Assembly (NCBI GenBank): GCA_903862255.1
Contig: CAIOXK010000024.1
Coordinates: 1-46,259, forward strand
Source: Candidatus Nomurabacteria bacterium
Lineage (GTDB): Bacteria > Patescibacteriota > Minisyncoccia > Phycocordibacterales > UBA9973
DNA: 46,259 bases
Direction of reading: 5' to 3'
In this document: one piece after another, positions 43,116 through 46,259 of the stretch
How positions within the stretch are numbered: the stretch's first letter is position 1
Layout of the letters: each line of letters starts with the position of its first letter
Notes under the pieces: generated by a model
Databases searched by the model: none
Seen by the model: the letters and a program-made list of their open reading frames with translations, nothing else
What the model was told of the DNA's origin: nothing
Program-made: the position numbers and the translations under genes

Positions 43116-43850
43116 TTATATGTCAAAATTTTTTTGGTTTTTACGCCACTCTTCAATCTTCTTATGATCTCCTGAGATCAATACCGGTGGTACAGCGTAT
43201 TTTTTAGGTTTAACTATTTTTGTAGTCTTGCCTGATTTTGCGGATGTGGGCGTGCCCCGCATAGTTTTGGCGGAGTGGGGCCATACAAGAACCTCTGGAC
43301 GAGTAAATACGCGAGGACTAGCATTTCGCAACTCCTCTACTGATTCGTGTGTGCCAAGTACTCCGGGGATCTGACGACAAATAGCATCTGTCATAACCAA
43401 TGCTGGCAATTCACCTCCTGTTAATACAAAGTCACCGATTGATACTTCTTCCGCTTTCAAGATAGTTCGTACGCGATCATCTACTCCTTCATACCTTCCA
43501 CATATAAACACAACATCACTATATGATTTCGCCCATTTTGCCGCCATGGTATTGGTAAACATGGCACCAGTCGGCGAAAGCATTACTACTTTTACCTTAG
43601 GGGACTGTCCCCTTTTTAAAGATAATTTCAATTTATTATAGGCACGTAGAATTGGCTCTGGTGTCATAACCATTCCTGGACCACCGCCATATGGGCGTTC
43701 ATCAACTTTCTTATGTTTATCCAGCGTATAATCACGGATATTTTTCACATCAAAAGACACGAGCTTCTTTTCAGATGCGCGCCTCAACATTGCTTCGCTG
43801 AGATAGCTTTCGATCATCTCTGGGAAAATTGTTAGAAAGTGAAATTTCAT
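43116..43850 (-). CDS. trmD: tRNA (guanine37-N1)-methyltransferase
   Basis: ERPYGGGPGMVM, ICGRYEGVDDRV, SIGDFVLTGGELPALVMTDA. Carries an insertion of about 25 aa before VPPVLISGDH. Confidence 0.93.
   Translation of the reverse strand: MKFHFLTIFPEMIESYLSEAMLRRASEKKLVSFDVKNIRDYTLDKHKKVDERPYGGGPGMVMTPEPILRAYNKLKLSLKRGQSPKVKVVMLSPTGAMFTNTMAAKWAKSYSDVVFICGRYEGVDDRVRTILKAEEVSIGDFVLTGGELPALVMTDAICRQIPGVLGTHESVEELRNASPRVFTRPEVLVWPHSAKTMRGTPTSAKSGKTTKIVKPKKYAVPPVLISGDHKKIEEWRKNQKNFDI
43600..43612. repeat. GGGG-ACTGT-CCCC hairpin inside the trmD coding sequence
   Basis: Read on the minus strand as K-R-G-Q-S-P-K. The 16-mer is identical to 31924-31939. Confidence 0.8.
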
Positions 43851-43857
43851 AAGGTTA

Positions 43858-43885
43858 ATACTACAATAGGTAGCTAAAAAGTCAA
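43858..43885 (-). promoter_or_regulatory. trmD promoter TTGACT-16-TAGTAT, 7 nt upstream of the ATG
   Basis: The minus strand reads tttTTGACTttttagctacctattgTAGTATtaaccttATG. Confidence 0.6.
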
Positions 43886-43898
43886 AAAAGTCCCAGTT

Positions 43899-44090
43899 TT
43901 ATAAACTAAGACTTTTTAATTGCACTGCGGGTAATGTTTTTTTATTTTTACGTTTTAAATAATTCATTAATACTGCTAATGCTATTGCTCCAGCGCAAAA
44001 AGATACCGAAACAATCTCCCAGCCGAATTCAAAGTGAAAATAAAATGATGCGACAATACATGCTGCCATTAGGTACTCTATTTTTTTCAT
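43899..44090 (-). CDS. Small membrane protein (63 aa, 2 TM)
   Basis: MKKIEYLMAACIVASFYFHFEFGWEIVSVSFCAGAIALAVLMNYL.. It has its own promoter. Confidence 0.6.
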   Translation of the reverse strand: MKKIEYLMAACIVASFYFHFEFGWEIVSVSFCAGAIALAVLMNYLKRKNKKTLPAVQLKSLSL

Positions 44091-44117
44091 AGCAATCAGG
44101 ATTTAAGTATTTCCACA

Positions 44118-44146
44118 ATTAAATCAACGTAATTAAAATAAGTCAA
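44118..44146 (-). promoter_or_regulatory. Promoter TTGACT-17-TTTAAT
   Basis: The minus strand reads attaTTGACTtattttaattacgttgaTTTAATtgtgg. Confidence 0.55.
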
Positions 44147-44152
44147 TAATGT

Positions 44153-44177
44153 AAAAAAGTACCAATTGGTACTTTTT
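44153..44177 (-). terminator. Terminator of the 44182-44385 gene
   Basis: AAAAAGTACCAATTGGTACTTTTT palindrome. Confidence 0.8.
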
Positions 44178-44181
44178 AAAT

Positions 44182-44385
44182 TTAGCGCAGTGTATATTTT
44201 TTCTTTCTATATGCCGCACTATTTGACCGATCTCTATTTCTAATAGAGTAAATGAGTCTTGTTCGATATACCTGTTTACTAACAGGTTGTGGAGTACAAT
44301 ACTCGCCTTCACTATAAAAATAGTAAATAAACGATGCTATACAAGCTAAAAATAGAATGTATAGGTAAAATAGTGCGATTTGCAT
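44182..44385 (-). CDS. Small membrane protein (67 aa, 1 TM plus a basic tail)
   Basis: MQIALFYLYILFLACIASFIYYFY.. with a promoter and a terminator. Confidence 0.6.
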   Translation of the reverse strand: MQIALFYLYILFLACIASFIYYFYSEGEYCTPQPVSKQVYRTRLIYSIRNRDRSNSAAYRKKKYTLR

Positions 44386-44414
44386 ATAGTTTTTAATGAG
44401 TTAGGTTCTACTAG

Positions 44415-44443
44415 ATAATAGCACAAAACAACAAAAAAGTCAA
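44415..44443 (-). promoter_or_regulatory. Promoter TTGACT-17-TATTAT
   Basis: The minus strand reads taaTTGACTtttttgttgttttgtgcTATTATctag. Confidence 0.7.
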
Positions 44444-44477
44444 TTAAAATACCCTGTCCTAATTTATTGTTCCATAC

Positions 44478-44506
44478 AAAAAACCCCTATTTCTAAGGGT
44501 TTTTGC
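44478..44506 (-). terminator. Terminator of the KH-domain gene
   Basis: The minus strand reads AAAAACCCTTAgaaaTAGGGGTTTTTTGT. Confidence 0.7.
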
Positions 44507-44515
44507 GTATATTTA

Positions 44516-44821
44516 TTAGAGATCTTTCAAATCAGCCATTGCATCATCAAGGTTTGCAACGTCTGGCTGGCGTTCATAGCCGGCTGGTTCATTAATCTTG
44601 AGGTTTACGCGAGCATTATTTTTCATGCCAACTACGCGAAGCAGTGTTCGGATAGCTTTGGCAGTATTACCAGAGCGACCAATGATTTTACCCATATCGG
44701 CCTGGTTAATAGAGAGTGTCAAAAGTACGCCCATCTCATCAACGGTACGGTCAATAACCACATCATTCGGGTTATCAACAAGCGCTTTTATAAGCATTTC
44801 AAGAAATTCTTTGTCAGACAT
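44516..44821 (-). CDS. KH-domain RNA-binding protein (YlqC/UPF0109 family)
   Basis: LEMLIKALVDNPNDVVIDR..MGKIIGRSGNTAKAIRTLL (GxxG loop). I place the start at ATG 44821; the track start is 44854. Confidence 0.8.
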   Translation of the reverse strand: MSDKEFLEMLIKALVDNPNDVVIDRTVDEMGVLLTLSINQADMGKIIGRSGNTAKAIRTLLRVVGMKNNARVNLKINEPAGYERQPDVANLDDAMADLKDL

Positions 44822-44892
44822 ATAAGGTATAGAGATTAGCTGATAACGCACCATAAGGTACTGCTTTTATAATAACATAAAGAAAATCTAAA

Positions 44893-44925
44893 CAAAAAGA
44901 CCAACATCGAATGTTGGCCTTTTTG
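44893..44925 (-). terminator. Hairpin/terminator between rpsP and the KH gene
   Basis: The minus strand reads AAAAAGGCCAACATtcgATGTTGGTCTTTTTGTTT. Confidence 0.7.
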
Positions 44926-44944
44926 TGAAGTATTTTTGGGACGT

Positions 44945-44972
44945 GTCCCGCGAAGCTTTAGCGAAGTGGGAT
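44945..44972 (-). repeat. 28-nt element, copy B (minus strand ATCCCACTTCGCTAAAGCTTCGCGGGAC), abutting the rpsP stop codon
   Basis: 27/28 identical to 24888-24915. Its 3' GGGAC pairs with the following GTCCC (GGGAC-ac-GTCCC). Confidence 0.85.
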
Positions 44973-45277
44973 TATTTCTTCTTAGCGTCTTTACGCTTTG
45001 GAGTAGGAGATTTCTTTGAAAGTACGTTTTTTGCACGTCCTTCAACAATTCCTTGCTTCACAAGCATATTGTGAGCAGTGTCAGAAACCTGAGCGCCATT
45101 TGCAATCCAGTGAGTAATGCGTTCTTTCTTAAGAGTCACAGCATCATTTTTCAGAGTGTATGAACCAAGGATTTCCAAGAACTTACCACTTTGTGGCCCG
45201 TTTTTAGAGTCCGTCACTACTAGTCGGAATGCTGCTTCATTTTTGCGCCCAATGCGCTGTAGTCGAATCTTTAACAT
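44972..45277 (-). CDS. rpsP: 30S ribosomal protein S16
   Basis: MLKIRLQRIGRKNEAAFRLVVTDSKN.. Confidence 0.95.
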   Translation of the reverse strand: MLKIRLQRIGRKNEAAFRLVVTDSKNGPQSGKFLEILGSYTLKNDAVTLKKERITHWIANGAQVSDTAHNMLVKQGIVEGRAKNVLSKKSPTPKRKDAKKK

Positions 45278-45286
45278 GTAGGTCGT

Positions 45287-45315
45287 ATCGTAGCAGAGAA
45301 AAGAAAAAAGGTCAA
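45287..45315 (-). promoter_or_regulatory. rpsP promoter TTGACC-17-TACGAT, 9 nt upstream of the ATG
   Basis: The minus strand reads gtcaTTGACCttttttcttttctctgcTACGATacgacctacATG. The -35 box contains the TGA stop of the upstream ORF. Confidence 0.65.
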
Positions 45316-45821
45316 TGACGACCTTTTAATAATAGCTTTAATTCCCTTCTAATTGAAATAGTCCACAGCATAGAAAGTGCTGTCGCCATGAACCATGGCC
45401 ATACACCGGTTTTGTAAAAAGCATATATTGATCCCAAAAATAATAATGGAATTACAATAAATGCCCAAAACGATAGTTCTGTTTTAACTAAAGCATTCTT
45501 TTCAATACCACTGACAAGTACTTCAATTTCATCCCATTTAGCATTCTTAATGGCTCTAATTTTTTTCTGTATTTCCTCAATCTCTGACAAAGAGTATTCA
45601 CCCATCAAAATTGCCGATATCGATTCAGGCGATTTTGCCTTTTTATAATCTTGATTGAAATACATTGTTAAATTTTGAGCATCCTGCGTGACTAAAAAAT
45701 TATACCCTTGCAATGTAATGATTGATTTTTGTCGGGGCGTTGAATACACATGTACCACCTGGCTAAACTCTATAGTACCTATAACGAGCCTATAAAAAAC
45801 TGGTTTCAATAATCTATCCAT
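45312..45821 (-). CDS. Hypothetical protein with two C-terminal TM segments (169 aa)
   Basis: Clean ORF with a consensus promoter. It is the only TGA-terminated gene in the window. Confidence 0.6.
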   Translation of the reverse strand: MDRLLKPVFYRLVIGTIEFSQVVHVYSTPRQKSIITLQGYNFLVTQDAQNLTMYFNQDYKKAKSPESISAILMGEYSLSEIEEIQKKIRAIKNAKWDEIEVLVSGIEKNALVKTELSFWAFIVIPLLFLGSIYAFYKTGVWPWFMATALSMLWTISIRRELKLLLKGRH

Positions 45822-45840
45822 TTCTTTTAAATTTTTGAAA

Positions 45841-45868
45841 ACTATACTGTAATTTATAAAAATGTCAA
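45841..45868 (-). promoter_or_regulatory. Promoter TTGACA-16-TATAGT
   Basis: The minus strand reads cctTTGACAtttttataaattacagTATAGTtttc. Confidence 0.65.
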
Positions 45869-45899
45869 AGGTTTTTCCATTCGTTCTTTATATGAATCG

Positions 45900-45908
45900 T
45901 GTTACGAT
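45900..45908 (+). promoter_or_regulatory. Extended -10 promoter (TGtTACGAT), 9 nt upstream of ATG 45918
   Basis: atcgTGtTACGATagataccatATG. Confidence 0.5.
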
Positions 45909-45917
45909 AGATACCAT

Positions 45918-46259
45918 ATGGAAACAACTTCACCGGAGCTTAAAGTAGGTGCGCAGTACGAAGGACAAATTAACATTTCAACAAAAGGTACAGGCTTCGT
46001 TAAGGTACGTGACCGAGGGATTACTATCGAAGTTCCCCGTGAGTCACTAAACAAGGCTTTTCATAGCGATACAGTACGTGTTGAAGTAACAGCAATGGTT
46101 GCTCCCCAATCTCGTGAAAATAATCCAGAAGGAAAGGTTGTTGATATTACTCGCCGATCAAAAGTTGGCTACAGTGGCACATTGGTTCTTGAAAATGGTA
46201 TTTATAGCATTACATCAAATGATGGGCGTATGTATACAACTATCGCCATCCCCAATGAC
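45918..46259 (+). CDS. rnr: Ribonuclease R / RNase II family exoribonuclease, N-terminal OB/cold-shock-like part; 3' end runs off the window
   Basis: Not in the ORF track because it has no stop in the window. 114 open codons: METTSPELKVGAQYEGQINISTKGTGFVKVRDRGITIEVPRESLNKAFHSDTVRVEV..GKVVDITRRSKVGYSGTLV.. This matches the RNase R N-terminal pattern. Confidence 0.65.
   Translation, partial: METTSPELKVGAQYEGQINISTKGTGFVKVRDRGITIEVPRESLNKAFHSDTVRVEVTAMVAPQSRENNPEGKVVDITRRSKVGYSGTLVLENGIYSITSNDGRMYTTIAIPND

Noticed and set aside
1-46259. CRISPR arrays, rRNA genes, integrases or prophage modules, and T-box or riboswitch leaders upstream of leuS/proS
   Set aside because: No regularly spaced direct repeats, no rRNA-like sequence and no phage structural genes were seen. 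The aaRS upstream regions are under 70 nt and are occupied by a terminator and/or a promoter, which leaves no room for a T-box.

Overview
AT-rich, very gene-dense 46.3-kb chromosomal segment. I count 42 protein-coding genes (35 on the minus strand) and one tRNA. No rRNA, CRISPR array or prophage is visible. The content is core housekeeping. Envelope: murJ, an O-antigen-ligase/TPR fusion, ddl, proS-mreB-mreC, and a GT2 / GT-C / thioredoxin-fold glycan cluster. Translation: leuS, proS, rpsB-tsf, rpsP-KH-trmD, tgt, tRNA-Thr(UGU), and the 5' end of an RNase R-like gene. Excision repair: uvrC, uvrA and uvrB, dispersed. There is also an unusual co-directional rpoB-rpoC-dnaG-rpoD block. Several traits suggest a reduced CPR/Patescibacteria-type genome (inference only): domain-minimised proteins (UvrC without HhH2, ProRS without the INS editing domain, sigma-70 with a basic tail instead of acidic region 1.1), many tiny membrane proteins, and almost no Shine-Dalgarno motifs. 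The standard code applies: TAA, TAG and one TGA all terminate good genes. Two genes at the window edges (1-513 minus, 45918-46259 plus), a 39-aa secreted Cys peptide gene and a TAG-interrupted SnoaL-like gene are missing from the ORF track. The most interesting signals are these. (1) An IS200/RAYT-like HUH-tyrosine transposase gene is bracketed by GGGG-N5-CCCC hairpins, and the hairpin family recurs six times in the window, twice in frame inside coding sequence (the transposase gene itself and trmD). (2) A 28-nt element (27/28 identical) lies in sense orientation in two ribosomal-protein transcription units. (3) uvrA and uvrB share an atypical TTGAC-N7-TATAxT-N6-start architecture. (4) Promoters are highly regular (TTGACw-17-TAnnnT, or TGn-extended -10) and often sit only 6-10 nt from the start codon, implying widespread leaderless mRNAs.
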